Positions 1 to 11,906 of a DNA stretch of 32,000 nt are shown in pieces. Numbering within the stretch: position 1 is the first letter of the stretch; each line of letters starts with the position of its first letter. The DNA is taken from the NCBI RefSeq assembly GCF_900187275.1, contig NZ_LT906458.1, forward strand, positions 1,530,001-1,562,000, read 5' to 3'. Below the pieces are notes generated by a model. The model had not been told where the DNA came from. It saw only the letters and a list, made by a program, of their open reading frames with translations, and ran no database searches. Position numbers and translations under genes: made by a program. The stretch comes from Pasteurella multocida (lineage in GTDB: Bacteria > Pseudomonadota > Gammaproteobacteria > Enterobacterales > Pasteurellaceae).

Positions 1-828
1 TTCATTGACGGCTTTTTCTGTTGCTGCTGCAGTTTCAGAGAATTCTAACCCTACGCGCACATCAACGGGTACAGGAATATCTGTGCTTGCCGCTAAGTTT
101 TTCGCCACTGGAATTAAATCTTCTTCATATAAGGATTTACCGACGTTATGACCTGCTGCAGCAATGAAGGTATTGGCGATACCCCCGCCCACAATAATTT
201 GGTCCGCAATTTTAGATAAGGAATTTAACACTTCTAATTTGGTTGAGACTTTCGACCCCCCTACAATCGCCACCATTGGACGCGCAGGTTCTTTTAAGGC
301 TTTACCTAAAGCATCTAATTCAGCCGCTAATAATGGACCCGCACAAGCCACTGGCGCATATTCAGCCACACCGTAAGTCGAGGCTTGCGCACGGTGTGCA
401 GTACCAAAGGCATCCATCACAAAGACATCGCAAAGTGCGGCATATTTTTTGCCTAATTCAGGATCGTTTTTCTTCTCACCTTTGTTAATGCGCACGTTTT
501 CTAATACCACGATTTCGCCTTGGTTAACGTCCACACCGTCTAAATAATCGCGTACTAAACGAACAGGCACATCTAAATTTGCATTTAAGTAATCAACTAC
601 AGGTTTCAGTGAGTTTGCTTCATCAAATTCGCCTTCTGTTGGGCGACCTAAGTGTGAAGTCACCATCACTTTTGCGCCTTTTTCAAGCGCAAGTTTCAAG
701 GTAGGGATGGTCGCACGGATACGTGCATCAGAAGTCACTTTGCCATCTTTGACTGGCACATTTAAATCAGCACGAATAAACACACGTTTGCCGCTCAAAT
801 CCAAGTCTGTCATTTTGATTACTGACAT
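1..828 (-). CDS. pgk: Phosphoglycerate kinase (C-terminal part runs off the left edge)
   Basis: Minus-strand translation starts [43 protein letters not shown]... and contains HLGRPTEG and VGGSKVSTK, classic PGK motifs. Open to the window edge. Confidence 0.97.
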   Translation of the reverse strand, partial: MSVIKMTDLDLSGKRVFIRADLNVPVKDGKVTSDARIRATIPTLKLALEKGAKVMVTSHLGRPTEGEFDEANSLKPVVDYLNANLDVPVRLVRDYLDGVDVNQGEIVVLENVRINKGEKKNDPELGKKYAALCDVFVMDAFGTAHRAQASTYGVAEYAPVACAGPLLAAELDALGKALKEPARPMVAIVGGSKVSTKLEVLNSLSKIADQIIVGGGIANTFIAAAGHNVGKSLYEEDLIPVAKNLAASTDIPVPVDVRVGLEFSETAAATEKAVNE

Positions 829-944
829 ATTTTATCCTCTTACTGGTTAAATTAAAAAATGAGAAAACTAAACGCATTATACCCCTTTCTAACTAGGCTG
901 TACTGCGTTAGATCAAATAATTTTTATTATTTAATAAATAAAAA

Positions 945-1640
945 TTAATATCCTGTACGACTTCTTGGACAATCGATCACCTGCCATTTTAAGTCATAAC
1001 AAATAAAGAGTTCATTACGACTTGCCCCTAAATATGCCTCTTTTAGGTGCTTATTATTTTTACGCAACCACTGGAAAAGTTCATTCCGACTTAATTCATA
1101 ATTTGGTAATTTTAAGGTGCGATACAGTTCACGTTGTTTGTCAAAATACGCTTTTGCATCATCAAAAGCACAAGCACCGTGTTTTTCCCACTCACCTTGT
1201 AATAAACTGGCACTTGGCGATTCTGGTAAATATTGCTCAATGATCTCTTGCGGTACCATTGGTAAATCCCCTCGGCAAAAACGCGGTTGATCTGAGACGC
1301 GACGCGCACGCTCATTTTGAGGCCATAAACCATGAATCACCCAGCCAAATTGCTGAGTTAAACCACATTGATATTGCAATGAATTAGGTAAGTCATCACC
1401 ATAACGATTACGCTGCTTCTCACAAAATGCCGGCGACCAAGATAATACAAACGTATAATAATCCGTCGGCGCATTGGCGTTTTGACCGATCGGATCATTT
1501 TTCATAATATAGTCGTAATTACGATCCACGATAATTTCAACAGCTTGTTTTTGCTTAGAAAAGAAATACCAGCCTGACAACAAAAACATTAGAAAACAAA
1601 CCACAAAGATAGACAGCTGAAGTGTTTTTTTCTCGTTCAT
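945..1640 (-). CDS. Ribonuclease T2 family protein with N-terminal signal/anchor helix
   Basis: The 231-aa ORF has both RNase T2 active-site motifs, HGLWP (in GWVIHGLWPQ) and GEWEKHGAC, plus a hydrophobic N-terminus (LSIFVVCFLMFLLSGWYFF). Confidence 0.92.
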   Translation of the reverse strand: MNEKKTLQLSIFVVCFLMFLLSGWYFFSKQKQAVEIIVDRNYDYIMKNDPIGQNANAPTDYYTFVLSWSPAFCEKQRNRYGDDLPNSLQYQCGLTQQFGWVIHGLWPQNERARRVSDQPRFCRGDLPMVPQEIIEQYLPESPSASLLQGEWEKHGACAFDDAKAYFDKQRELYRTLKLPNYELSRNELFQWLRKNNKHLKEAYLGASRNELFICYDLKWQVIDCPRSRTGY

Positions 1641-1678
1641 AAAATTCCTATTTCACTTTTGGAGCGGATTGATTATAA

Positions 1679-1978
<300 letters not shown>

Positions 1979-2101
1979 CCTGTATCGAGTGTAACAATTC
2001 TTAGCCGCCTTGAAAATGCCTGAAAACGAGCCTCAATCGCAGGCATACGTTTTTCTTTTCCTGCCTCAGGTTACATCCCACACCTTTTTCCCTGCACATG
2101 A

Positions 2102-2126
2102 TGAAAAATCGGGCAAATGCCCGATT
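2102..2126 (-). terminator. Rho-independent terminator downstream of the yfiF-like gene
   Basis: Perfect hairpin AATCGGGC-atttg/aaat-GCCCGATT with a T-run on the minus strand, 10 nt past the minus-strand stop. Confidence 0.7.
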
Positions 2127-2135
2127 CTGTTAACC

Positions 2136-3214
2136 TCAACGATAGTCCCACTGTGCTAATAAAATGCCCGTTGCCACCGCAATATTTAATTCTGCTTTTA
2201 ATGGATTACCAAGAGACAACACCACCTGTTCATCTTCGGCTTGTGCAAGAGAAGCATCGCCTTGTTCATTTAGAACAAACACCACTTTCTCAGTAAAGTG
2301 TAATTTCGATAGCGGCTTAGCTTGTTTATTCGCCGTCACATGAATAAGTTGATAACCTGCTTGACGCAATTGCGCTAATGCCTTTGGCACATCGGTTGTT
2401 TCCAACACCCGAACATATTCCATTCCCCCTTCTACCACACGCATTGCCGCAGGCGCGTTTAAATTATCCGCTAACGCTTGTTCAATCACCACACCTTTCA
2501 CACCAAACACCGCACAAGTACGCACAACACCGCCTAAATTATGTGGATTTTGCACGCCATCTATCAACACAAGACAATCTTGTTTACGTGGAATGTCCAA
2601 GTATCCGGCTAAAGTAAAAGGACGGGCTTTTTTCACTAACATACAAATGCCGCCATGATGCGCGGTACCGCTCACTAAAGCGAGTTCCGCACTGTCCACC
2701 ACATGATAGGCTTTTTTCTGCTCTGCTAAATAACTGAAAAGTTCACCGCTCTTTTTCGCCATCTCTACCGTTGCCCAAATACGCACAATGCTTTCCGGAC
2801 GTTGTGCAAACAATGCCTGACAAGCATTCTCGCCATAGACTTCATTTCTTCTGCACGGTTTTTCTTAATTTTTTCGGGTGCGCGTGGCGAAAGTGCCCCA
2901 GTTTTTTTCTCACGAGGTTTATCGCTGGCACCCGTACTTTTCACCACAACTTTCACTTTGCCTTCTTCGCCAGATGCTGTACGCATGGAGGTTTCAGAAA
3001 TATGCTGTTCGACTTGCTGTGGACGACGCACAGGTTTACTTCTCGCCGAAAATTTATTGCCCGTCAACTTTTCGCGAGTCTTCGCCTCGCCACGTCCGTC
3101 AAATTTTTCTTTAAAGTGCGGTGCAGTTTTGACAGATTTTTCGCCAACGCTGCGTTCATGAAATTGCTTATTACTGGTTTGTTGAAAGACAGGCGCTTTC
3201 GCTTTACTATTCAT
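2136..3214 (-). pseudogene. TrmH/SpoU family RNA methyltransferase (YfiF-like), disrupted by an apparent -1 frameshift near 2840
   Basis: Two overlapping minus ORFs in different frames (2765..3214 and 2136..2813). The N-part ends ...KIKKNRAEEMK, and the other frame immediately continues (V)YGENACQALFAQRPESIVRIWATVEM... with SpoU motifs LVLIDGVQNPHNLGGVVRTCAVFG and VLSLGNPLKAELNIAVATGILLA. Restoring one A (ATG AAA GTC TAT GGC) rejoins them. Confidence 0.85.
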
Positions 3215-3379
3215 TTCGATATGCCTATTTGATGAGTTGAGGAGGCAAAGCTGGGCAAAAAATCACCTAGCGTTGCAAGAAAGTGTGAGCATTATAACGA
3301 AAAAACCGCATTTTTCTACCAAGTCGCGAGGTAAATATTGTAAACTACAGAGCTAATCAAACTATAGAGAATGATTTTT

Positions 3380-4756
3380 ATGCTGATAAACAAAACCAAA
3401 CGAGCAAAACAAAATATCAATCGTTTATTCTGTTTACCCTTACAAGCTGAACACGTTGAATTTATTTATAGCGCTGCCGCATTCAAACAGCAAATCCTTC
3501 AGCTCATTAAACAAGCAAAATCACGCATTTATGTGACCGCACTTTATTGGCAACATGACGAAGCGGGTCAAGAAATTTTAGATGAAATCTACCGTGCCAA
3601 ACAAAACAACCCGTCATTAGAAATCAAGATTTTAATTGACTGGCACCGTGCACAACGCAATTTACTGGGTGCGGAAAAAAGTATGACTAATGCTGACTGG
3701 TATTGTGAACAACGTGCAAAATATCAAGCAGAGCAAGATTCACCTCTCTTTTTTGGGGTGCCAGTGAACACTCGAGAAGTCTTTGGTGTGTTACATATTA
3801 AAGGCTTTGTGTTTGATGATACGGTCTTATACAGTGGTGCAAGTATTAACAATGTTTACTTAAATCAATTTAATAAATACCGTTACGATCGCTACCATAA
3901 AATCACTCATCCTGAATTAGCCAACAGCATGGTGAACTTTATCAACGACTATTTGTTGGATCCGTTAGCTGTTCACCCATTAGATCAGAACACTCGTCCA
4001 ACAACCAAAGAAATACGCCCCGCGATTAAAGAATTTCGTAAAACACTCGCTTTTGATGCCCGTTATACGTTAAAAGGCGCGCGTTTCTTGGAGGAAACAC
4101 CTGAACAACTCAGTATTTCTGCGCTCTTTGGCTTGAGTAAATACAGTAACCAATTAAACCAAGTGATCGAGGATCTCTTCCAAATTGTGGAAGAGGAATT
4201 AGTGATTTGTACTCCTTATTTTAATTTTCCGCGTACACTACAACAAAAAATCCGCCGCTTGCTGAATAAAGGGAAAAAAGTGGAAATTATTGTCGGTGAC
4301 AAAACTGCAAATGACTTCTATATCCCGCCTTCAGAACCCTTTAAAATGGCGGGTGCCTTGCCTTATCTATACGAAAGCAATTTACGCCGTTTTAGCAAAA
4401 AGTTTGAATATGAGATTAACCAAGGTTTGTTAGTGATTCGGACTTGGAAAGATGGGGATAATTCATACCACTTGAAAGGGGTTTGGGTCGATAACAATTA
4501 TGTGCTCCTCACTGGCAATAATCTAAATCCTCGAGCATGGCGCTTGGATGCGGAGAATGGTTTATTTATCTACGATCCAAAACAAGAGCTACGCGCACAA
4601 TTTGAACAAGAACTGGATTACATTCGCCAACATACACAAGTGTTGCGCCATTATTCTGAACTTGACGAAATGAAACAGTATCCGGCCCCCGTACAAAAGT
4701 TATTGAAAAAATTTGCCCGTGTAAAAGCGGATAAGCTCGTGAAGATGATCTTATAA
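3380..4756 (+). CDS. pssA: CDP-diacylglycerol--serine O-phosphatidyltransferase
   Basis: About 458-aa protein of the PssA/phospholipase D-like family. Two HKD-like motifs: HIKGFVFDDTVLYSGASINNVYL and HLKGVWVDNNYVLLTGNNLNPRAW. Confidence 0.94.
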   Translation: MLINKTKRAKQNINRLFCLPLQAEHVEFIYSAAAFKQQILQLIKQAKSRIYVTALYWQHDEAGQEILDEIYRAKQNNPSLEIKILIDWHRAQRNLLGAEKSMTNADWYCEQRAKYQAEQDSPLFFGVPVNTREVFGVLHIKGFVFDDTVLYSGASINNVYLNQFNKYRYDRYHKITHPELANSMVNFINDYLLDPLAVHPLDQNTRPTTKEIRPAIKEFRKTLAFDARYTLKGARFLEETPEQLSISALFGLSKYSNQLNQVIEDLFQIVEEELVICTPYFNFPRTLQQKIRRLLNKGKKVEIIVGDKTANDFYIPPSEPFKMAGALPYLYESNLRRFSKKFEYEINQGLLVIRTWKDGDNSYHLKGVWVDNNYVLLTGNNLNPRAWRLDAENGLFIYDPKQELRAQFEQELDYIRQHTQVLRHYSELDEMKQYPAPVQKLLKKFARVKADKLVKMIL

Positions 4757-4802
4757 TAGTCAATCACTCTGTCGTGGTGATATTTTCTCATTCAAAAAAA
4801 CA

Positions 4803-4836
4803 TAAAAAAAAGACCGCACTTTCGCGGTCTTTTTTA
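4803..4836. terminator. Bidirectional rho-independent terminator between convergent pssA and lutC
   Basis: AAAAAAAGACCGCACTTTCGCGGTCTTTTTT. The stem AGACCGC/GCGGTCT has an A-run on one side and a T-run on the other, and contains a Hin-type USS (accgcactt, 4813..4821). Confidence 0.85.
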
Positions 4837-4850
4837 AACGACACAGTCAG

Positions 4851-5573
4851 TTAAGAAACCGAAACGTTTTTTGTATCATCAATAATTAAATAGGCTTTCG
4901 CCACCGGTCCATGTACACCAACCACTTTGATTAATTCAATATCCGCTGTTGAACTGGGTCCCGCAATTAAGTTAATGCAAGATGGCATACGCTCACCTTG
5001 CTTCGCTTTTTGATGAAGAATTTCAGAAAGCTGTGCCACACGTGGCAAAATCGTACTTTTGTTTAATACAACAATCGACACTTTTGGTAATAAGCTCACT
5101 GAACGTCCACGCTGTGCATCAGAAAATAACACAATTCCACCGGATTCGGTTAAACCGTATTCTGCAAACACAATTCCAATATTCGCAGTATTCGCAAAAG
5201 TGCGGTTAATTTCTGCTGCATTTTCTGACCAAATATGAGTTTCATATTTCGCTTGTACTGCCGGCGTAATCCCCGCTTCGACTAAACGAGAATCATCATT
5301 TAAAATCACTGGACCGCCACCATATTTTTCACACATTGCCAACAAATCAGCAGTAGCTTGTTCTGGTGTGGTCACTTGGCAATTGACTAACATGGTTTGC
5401 GACGCAAATTCCACGAACGCATCACAACGCTGGTCAAGACTTAACTCGGTTAAACGAGTCACTGGATAATCATTTAGCGGATGATATTCAGTGACGACTT
5501 GCGTACGAGGCTCACGTCCTAATTGTTTGGCAAGGTGATCTAAAAACTGTTGTCTATTATTTTGATCTAACAT
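4851..5573 (-). CDS. lutC: LUD-domain lactate utilisation protein C
   Basis: 240-aa LutC/YkgG-like sequence (VVILNKSTILPRVAQLSEIL..., CINLIAGPSSTADIELIKVVGVHGPVAKAYLII). Lies directly downstream of lutB. Confidence 0.88.
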   Translation of the reverse strand: MLDQNNRQQFLDHLAKQLGREPRTQVVTEYHPLNDYPVTRLTELSLDQRCDAFVEFASQTMLVNCQVTTPEQATADLLAMCEKYGGGPVILNDDSRLVEAGITPAVQAKYETHIWSENAAEINRTFANTANIGIVFAEYGLTESGGIVLFSDAQRGRSVSLLPKVSIVVLNKSTILPRVAQLSEILHQKAKQGERMPSCINLIAGPSSTADIELIKVVGVHGPVAKAYLIIDDTKNVSVS

Positions 5574-5590
5574 CGAAATTCCTCACTTAA

Positions 5591-6997
5591 TTAACGGTTT
5601 TTAAACCAAGAACGGAAGCTTTCGCCTTCAGCGTCTGGTAAATCACGGGCTTTTGTCCATTCAGCAATCGCACCGACTTGGATCGGCATTTTGCCATCAC
5701 GAATCGCCAATTTCGCCACTTTCGCCCCTACATTCATACCAATTTTCCACAGACTTGGGTGACTATTTGCTAACGTGAACGCTTTGACAGAAAGCCGTTC
5801 TGCTAATGGATTCATACCTGATTCGGCAATATGACGGCGGTGTTTTAATAACAAATTGGCGAGTGGAATTTTCACAGGACAAACTTGGTTACACGCCGTA
5901 CATAAGGAACATGCTGAAGGTAAGTCTTTAAACTCCTCATAACCCCCTAAAATAGGTGAAATCACTGAACCGATTGGACCCGGATAAATCGAACCATAAC
6001 CATGACCACCAATTTGACGATAGGCTGGACAAGTATTTAAACAAGCGCCACAACGAATACAACGTAAAACCTCACGAAACTCTGAACCGAGCATTTTTGA
6101 ACGACCGTTATCGACGATCACTAAGTGGAACTCTTCAGGTCCATCAGTTTCCCCAGCTAGACGTGGTCCGGTTAACCAAGTGTTATAGCCTGTTAAACGT
6201 GCCCCTACCGCACTGCGTGCAAGCAAAGTAATTAGCACATCCACTTCTTTAAAGGTTGGCGCTAAACGCTCCATACCCATCACTGCAATATGTGTTTTTG
6301 GCAAGGATGTGGCTAAACGTAAGTTCCCTTCATTAGTGACTAAACATACGCTGCCCGTTTCTGCCACCGCAAAGTTACAACCGCTTACGCCGATATCCGC
6401 TTCTAAGAAATCATTACGGATCGTTTCACGAATAAATAGGGTCATTTCTTCTGGTGTATCGGAACCGGTATAACCTAATTTTTCAGCCAGTACTTTACGG
6501 ATTTGATGACGGTCTTTATGAATGGCAGGTACCACAATATGTGAAGGCTTATCTTCTGCTACTTGTAAAATATATTCACCTAAGTCAGTTTCAACGACTT
6601 TGATCCCCTCAGCTTCTAACACATAATTCATGCCAATTTCTTCCGTCACCATGGATTTCGATTTGACAATTTTCTTGGCATTTTTCTGCTTGGCGACGTC
6701 TTTAATGTAATTTGTGGCTTCTTCTGCTGTTGCCGCAAAATACACATGACCACCATTTTGGGTCACTTTCTCTGAAAGCTGATACAAATAAGCATCTAAA
6801 TTTTCAATGACATGGTTACGAATCTCTTTGGCATGCTCTCGCCATTCTTCCCAATGCCCTAATTCCTCCACCATTTTCTGGCGGTTTGCACCGATACGCT
6901 CTTGTGCCATCACCACAGCTTTACGCATAATGTCATTTTGAATTTCTTCATTGATGCGTGGTTTAAATTTAAGGTGGCTCGTTTTAATAGACATCAT
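5591..6997 (-). CDS. lutB: Lactate utilisation iron-sulfur protein B (LutB/LldF family)
   Basis: 468-aa ORF with an LUD domain and CIRCGACLNTCPAYRQIGGHGYGSIYPGPIG plus CSLCTACNQVCPVKI 4Fe-4S motifs. Confidence 0.94.
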   Translation of the reverse strand: MMSIKTSHLKFKPRINEEIQNDIMRKAVVMAQERIGANRQKMVEELGHWEEWREHAKEIRNHVIENLDAYLYQLSEKVTQNGGHVYFAATAEEATNYIKDVAKQKNAKKIVKSKSMVTEEIGMNYVLEAEGIKVVETDLGEYILQVAEDKPSHIVVPAIHKDRHQIRKVLAEKLGYTGSDTPEEMTLFIRETIRNDFLEADIGVSGCNFAVAETGSVCLVTNEGNLRLATSLPKTHIAVMGMERLAPTFKEVDVLITLLARSAVGARLTGYNTWLTGPRLAGETDGPEEFHLVIVDNGRSKMLGSEFREVLRCIRCGACLNTCPAYRQIGGHGYGSIYPGPIGSVISPILGGYEEFKDLPSACSLCTACNQVCPVKIPLANLLLKHRRHIAESGMNPLAERLSVKAFTLANSHPSLWKIGMNVGAKVAKLAIRDGKMPIQVGAIAEWTKARDLPDAEGESFRSWFKNR

Positions 6998-7005
6998 TCT
7001 CCCCC

Positions 7006-7731
7006 TTAGCGACTCATTAACACTTCAGCAATATGCATCACTTTGACATGATGCCCTTCACGTTTGAGACGTCCGCCAATATTAAGTAAACAACTGACAT
7101 CTGCACCGATTAAATACAACGGCTTCACCGCCATAATATGCTGTACTTTTTCTTTCACCATTTCGCCTGAAATTTCCGCCATTTTGACGGAGAATGTGCC
7201 ACCAAAACCACAACAAGTTTCTTGATTATGGATCGGCAATAAATTTAATCCTTCCACCTGCTGTAATAATTTCACTGGCTCTTCTTTCACGCCAAGTTTA
7301 CGGAATAAGCTACAAGAAGGGTGATATACCGCGTTACCCGCGAGTTTCGCCCCCACATTGACAACCTTTAACTGATTCACAATAAAATCGGTTAAATCGT
7401 AAAAACGATCCGCCACTTTTTGAGCGCGCGCAGCCCATTCGGGTTCCTCTTTCAAGTATTCTGCATAAGTTTTAATGGCATACACGCAAGAACCAGCAGG
7501 GGCAACGATGGGATAATCATTGACTTCAAAAGTTTCAATCAATTTTTTCATGCCGGGGATAGCAGATAAAACATAACCGCTGTTAAGCGCAGGTTGCCCA
7601 CAACAACCTTGTTGTTCAAGAAAGGTAATTTTACATCCGAGTTGTTCTAAAAGGAGAACAGACTGTTTAGCGACATTGGATTTTAAGGCATCACCAATGC
7701 ACGTCACATAAAAATTGACATTCATTTTCAT
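7006..7731 (-). CDS. lutA: (Fe-S)-binding oxidoreductase, lactate utilisation protein A
   Basis: CCG-domain motifs GCCGQPALNSGY, PAGSCVYAIK, YHPSCSLFRKLG and CCGFGGTFSVK. The start was trimmed from the ORF-track start (7767) to the ATG at 7731, giving MKMNVNFYVTCIGD. Confidence 0.92.
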   Translation of the reverse strand: MKMNVNFYVTCIGDALKSNVAKQSVLLLEQLGCKITFLEQQGCCGQPALNSGYVLSAIPGMKKLIETFEVNDYPIVAPAGSCVYAIKTYAEYLKEEPEWAARAQKVADRFYDLTDFIVNQLKVVNVGAKLAGNAVYHPSCSLFRKLGVKEEPVKLLQQVEGLNLLPIHNQETCCGFGGTFSVKMAEISGEMVKEKVQHIMAVKPLYLIGADVSCLLNIGGRLKREGHHVKVMHIAEVLMSR

Positions 7732-7802
7732 CACTCCAATAAATGCGGATATAGCTAACTCGGGCAAGTTAGCTATATTTAAAAAAAGACATCAAAAATA
7801 AA

Positions 7803-9389
7803 TTAGTAAATAACAACTGCAACCAACGCTGCGATAACACCATAGAGGAACATTGGAACCACCGTCCGTTTTAAAATCGAACCTTCTTGGTTACTGACAT
7901 TTAATACAGTACATACGGCAATAATGTTATTCAAACACACCATGTTACCCATTGCACCGCCCACAGATTGTAGTGCAAGGATTAATGGTACAGACATGCC
8001 TGTGGTTTCAGCGATAGAGAGTTGGATCCCACCAAAAGTTAAATTTGAAACAGTATTAGATCCTGAGAAAAATGCACCGATAGCACCAAGATAAGAGGAG
8101 AAATACACCCATTTATCTCCAGTAACATCAGCGAAGGTTTTACCAATAGTAATCACCATAGAATCATAATTCTCATTGCCAACTAACATTAATTTTACCA
8201 TAACTAAGGCGCCTAATAACGCAAAGAATGGTTTTTTCGTTTGTTGATAGGTGCTCACCGCAATGGTTTTGGCTTTTGTCCCATTGAGTTTAAACACAAA
8301 AATCGAAATGATCACCGTGACAATAAATGGAATCAGTGAAGGCACATATAAAGTTTTATAGCTTTCGTTAATACCTTGACCCAAGATATTGTTTAAAGAC
8401 AAGATTAACGCTTGACTCACTTTGAATTCACCGAAGGCACCTAAAGATACAGAGAACCAGGTGGTCGCATCATTTAATAATTGCTTAATCCCTAATTGGT
8501 GAATACGTGTCACAATTAAGATCGCAATCAACATCATGGTTGGGAATAAGGCTTTAACCAGTACACCAAATTCCACTTTTTCGAGCTGTATTTCTGCCTG
8601 CGCTGTTTTACTCACCCCAATCCCTTTATTCGCCACGAGAATTGAGATAAATAAACCGATGGCTCCCCCCACTAAAGCAGGGAACTCATAGTTCACTTGC
8701 GCTAATAAGAAATAAGGAATAGTACAAGCTAAAATGCTGATATAAATGAAAACAAGATTCTGTTTGATTTGTTGCCAGCTGACTAAGAAACGTAACGCTA
8801 AGACGGGAATCACAAAGGCTGCAATGAAGTGAATAAATGCCGTTTTCTGCCCCACTTCAAGTACTACGTCTTCGCTTAATCCTAATGGTCCGAAACCAAA
8901 CCAAGTTGGTGTACCAACCGCACCGAAAGAAACCGGTACAGAGTTCATCACTAACGCTAGCATTGCCACTTGTAGCGGTTTAAAACCTAAACCCATCAAG
9001 ATTGGCGCGGCAATCGCTGCTGGCGTTCCAAAGCCACTCGCGCCTTCAATCATAAAGGCAAATGCCCAACCAATGATCATAATTTGCGCCACAGGATTCG
9101 GATTGATATTGGCTAACCATTTACGTAATACATCGGTGCTGCCTGATACTTCCATCATGCGGTTAAATAAAATTGCACCAAAAATAATTGTAATCGGTGT
9201 TTGTGTCGCAATTAATCCCGCAATAACATTAGCATTTAAACGGGTTAAATCTGTCCCAAAATAAAATGCTTGTAAGAGATAAGTTAAAACAGCAATCAAA
9301 GGAAGTGCGATATAAGACGGTAAGCTATTACGTTTTACCATTAAATAAATCAATAAGACAATAGGAAGAATACTTAAAAAGAAAACCAT
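7803..9389 (-). CDS. lldP: L-lactate permease family transporter
   Basis: 528-aa hydrophobic protein with LctP-family signature stretches (GASGFGTPAAIAAPILMGLGFKP, FLGAIGAFFSGSNTVSNLTFG, QSVGGAMGNMVCLNNIIAVCTVL). Upstream of lutABC. Confidence 0.94.
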   Translation of the reverse strand: MVFFLSILPIVLLIYLMVKRNSLPSYIALPLIAVLTYLLQAFYFGTDLTRLNANVIAGLIATQTPITIIFGAILFNRMMEVSGSTDVLRKWLANINPNPVAQIMIIGWAFAFMIEGASGFGTPAAIAAPILMGLGFKPLQVAMLALVMNSVPVSFGAVGTPTWFGFGPLGLSEDVVLEVGQKTAFIHFIAAFVIPVLALRFLVSWQQIKQNLVFIYISILACTIPYFLLAQVNYEFPALVGGAIGLFISILVANKGIGVSKTAQAEIQLEKVEFGVLVKALFPTMMLIAILIVTRIHQLGIKQLLNDATTWFSVSLGAFGEFKVSQALILSLNNILGQGINESYKTLYVPSLIPFIVTVIISIFVFKLNGTKAKTIAVSTYQQTKKPFFALLGALVMVKLMLVGNENYDSMVITIGKTFADVTGDKWVYFSSYLGAIGAFFSGSNTVSNLTFGGIQLSIAETTGMSVPLILALQSVGGAMGNMVCLNNIIAVCTVLNVSNQEGSILKRTVVPMFLYGVIAALVAVVIY

Positions 9390-9685
9390 AAAAAACCCTA
9401 CATAAAAATTAAATTTGAGATAACATCAAAATATCAACGCCAAAGAATAACTATTTATGAGTATGTATTTTCATGAAAAATAAAACTACACAAATAATAT
9501 ACCACTTAAAATGTTAATAAGTTGTTATATTAAAGTAATTTTAAAAAAATGCTTTAAAAATCAGATTTTTTTCTGTGACAAAACTCACACATCTTATATT
9601 TTACGAACCGTTTGATTAATTTATATACGAATATAAGCCAATTTCTTATTTTTATATCAGAAATAATTTAATTTATTAGTTAAAA

Positions 9686-9726
9686 TAAATAAGGCTGTAT
9701 GACATATCACACAGCCTTATTTTTTG
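9686..9726. terminator. Terminator hairpin downstream of purB
   Basis: AAATAAGGCTGT...ACAGCCTTATTT perfect 12-bp stem with T-rich flanks on both strands, 22 nt past the purB stop. Confidence 0.8.
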
Positions 9727-9747
9727 ACTCACTCTATTTATTTTATG

Positions 9748-11142
<1,395 letters not shown>

Positions 11143-11754
11143 TTAAAGTGAAGAATAAATCTGTTTTGCCATAGCGATAATTTTGCGACGAGAGAATAAC
11201 ACTTGCCATTTTGTTCCCCCCACTTGGCGCCATAATACCGCAGAACGAATGCCCGCTAATAAGCAGGCGCGAATACGATGATGCATAGCTAATTGCTGTA
11301 AATAAAGCGTGGAACCTGTCACTTGAATTTTTTTACCTAATGGACTGATGACATCCACATAAATGCTGGCTAAAGTGGACAACATTTGTTCATCAAGTAA
11401 ATCATCATGTTCAAGTTGCGTTGGTAAATATTGAATACGACGTGCAAGTTCTGCTTTTGCATGGGGATCTTTATTCAGCTTACTCTCTAACGCCAGTAAG
11501 CTAATCCAATATCGGCTTAAATCCGACCCTGTCCCATGCATTTGTTCTAACAAGGTTTCAAGCCCCAATTTTAAATTCTGCGCTTTACCACCAAAGACGG
11601 CCAAAGTGTCTTCTGGGTAAATTTGTAACAAAGTATTCAGACTGGTTTCAAACGCTGCCTGATCCGCTTGCCCTTCATGAGCAAATTGTTGTACCAATTT
11701 TGCGGCTTGACACACACCTGCCAGAGCTAAAGTAATATCGTAGTAATTCGCCAT
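11143..11754 (-). CDS. hflD: High frequency lysogenisation protein HflD homolog
   Basis: [28 protein letters not shown]... is HflD-like and sits upstream of purB. Start trimmed from 11799 to 11754. Confidence 0.92.
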   Translation of the reverse strand: MANYYDITLALAGVCQAAKLVQQFAHEGQADQAAFETSLNTLLQIYPEDTLAVFGGKAQNLKLGLETLLEQMHGTGSDLSRYWISLLALESKLNKDPHAKAELARRIQYLPTQLEHDDLLDEQMLSTLASIYVDVISPLGKKIQVTGSTLYLQQLAMHHRIRACLLAGIRSAVLWRQVGGTKWQVLFSRRKIIAMAKQIYSSL

Positions 11755-11837
11755 AGGATTGGAAATAGGATGATGAAAAATCGGGGGACAATATAGCACT
11801 TTTTAACATTTTTTTAAAGCAAACGATGTCACCGCTG

Positions 11838-11859
11838 AAAACTTGATCTAGATCGCAAA
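11838..11859 (+). promoter_or_regulatory. Possible CRP binding site upstream of scrK
   Basis: aaaacTTGATCTAGATCGcaaaa is close to the CRP consensus TGTGATCTAGATCACA. It lies about 20 nt upstream of the ScrR-type operator. Confidence 0.5.
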
Positions 11860-11879
11860 AATAGAAATCCAGCTTGTAA

Positions 11880-11897
11880 AACTAAAACGTTTTAGTT
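11880..11897 (+). promoter_or_regulatory. ScrR-type operator upstream of scrK
   Basis: Perfect 18-bp palindrome AACTAAAACGTTTTAGTT with the central CG typical of LacI-family operators. Identical to two copies upstream of scrA. Confidence 0.85.
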
Positions 11898-11906
11898 AGG
11901 ATTAAA

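Noticed and set aside
2771-3232. Plus-strand 153-aa ORF and nested ORFs opposite the yfiF-like N-terminus
   Set aside because: Antisense to the basic, low-complexity N-terminal linker of the methyltransferase. The composition looks like a reverse-strand shadow.
4851-9389. The lldP-lutABC cluster as a possible new redox or defence system
   Set aside because: All four genes match the established L-lactate utilisation pathway (LutABC plus lactate permease) in normal adjacency. Nothing unexplained remains.
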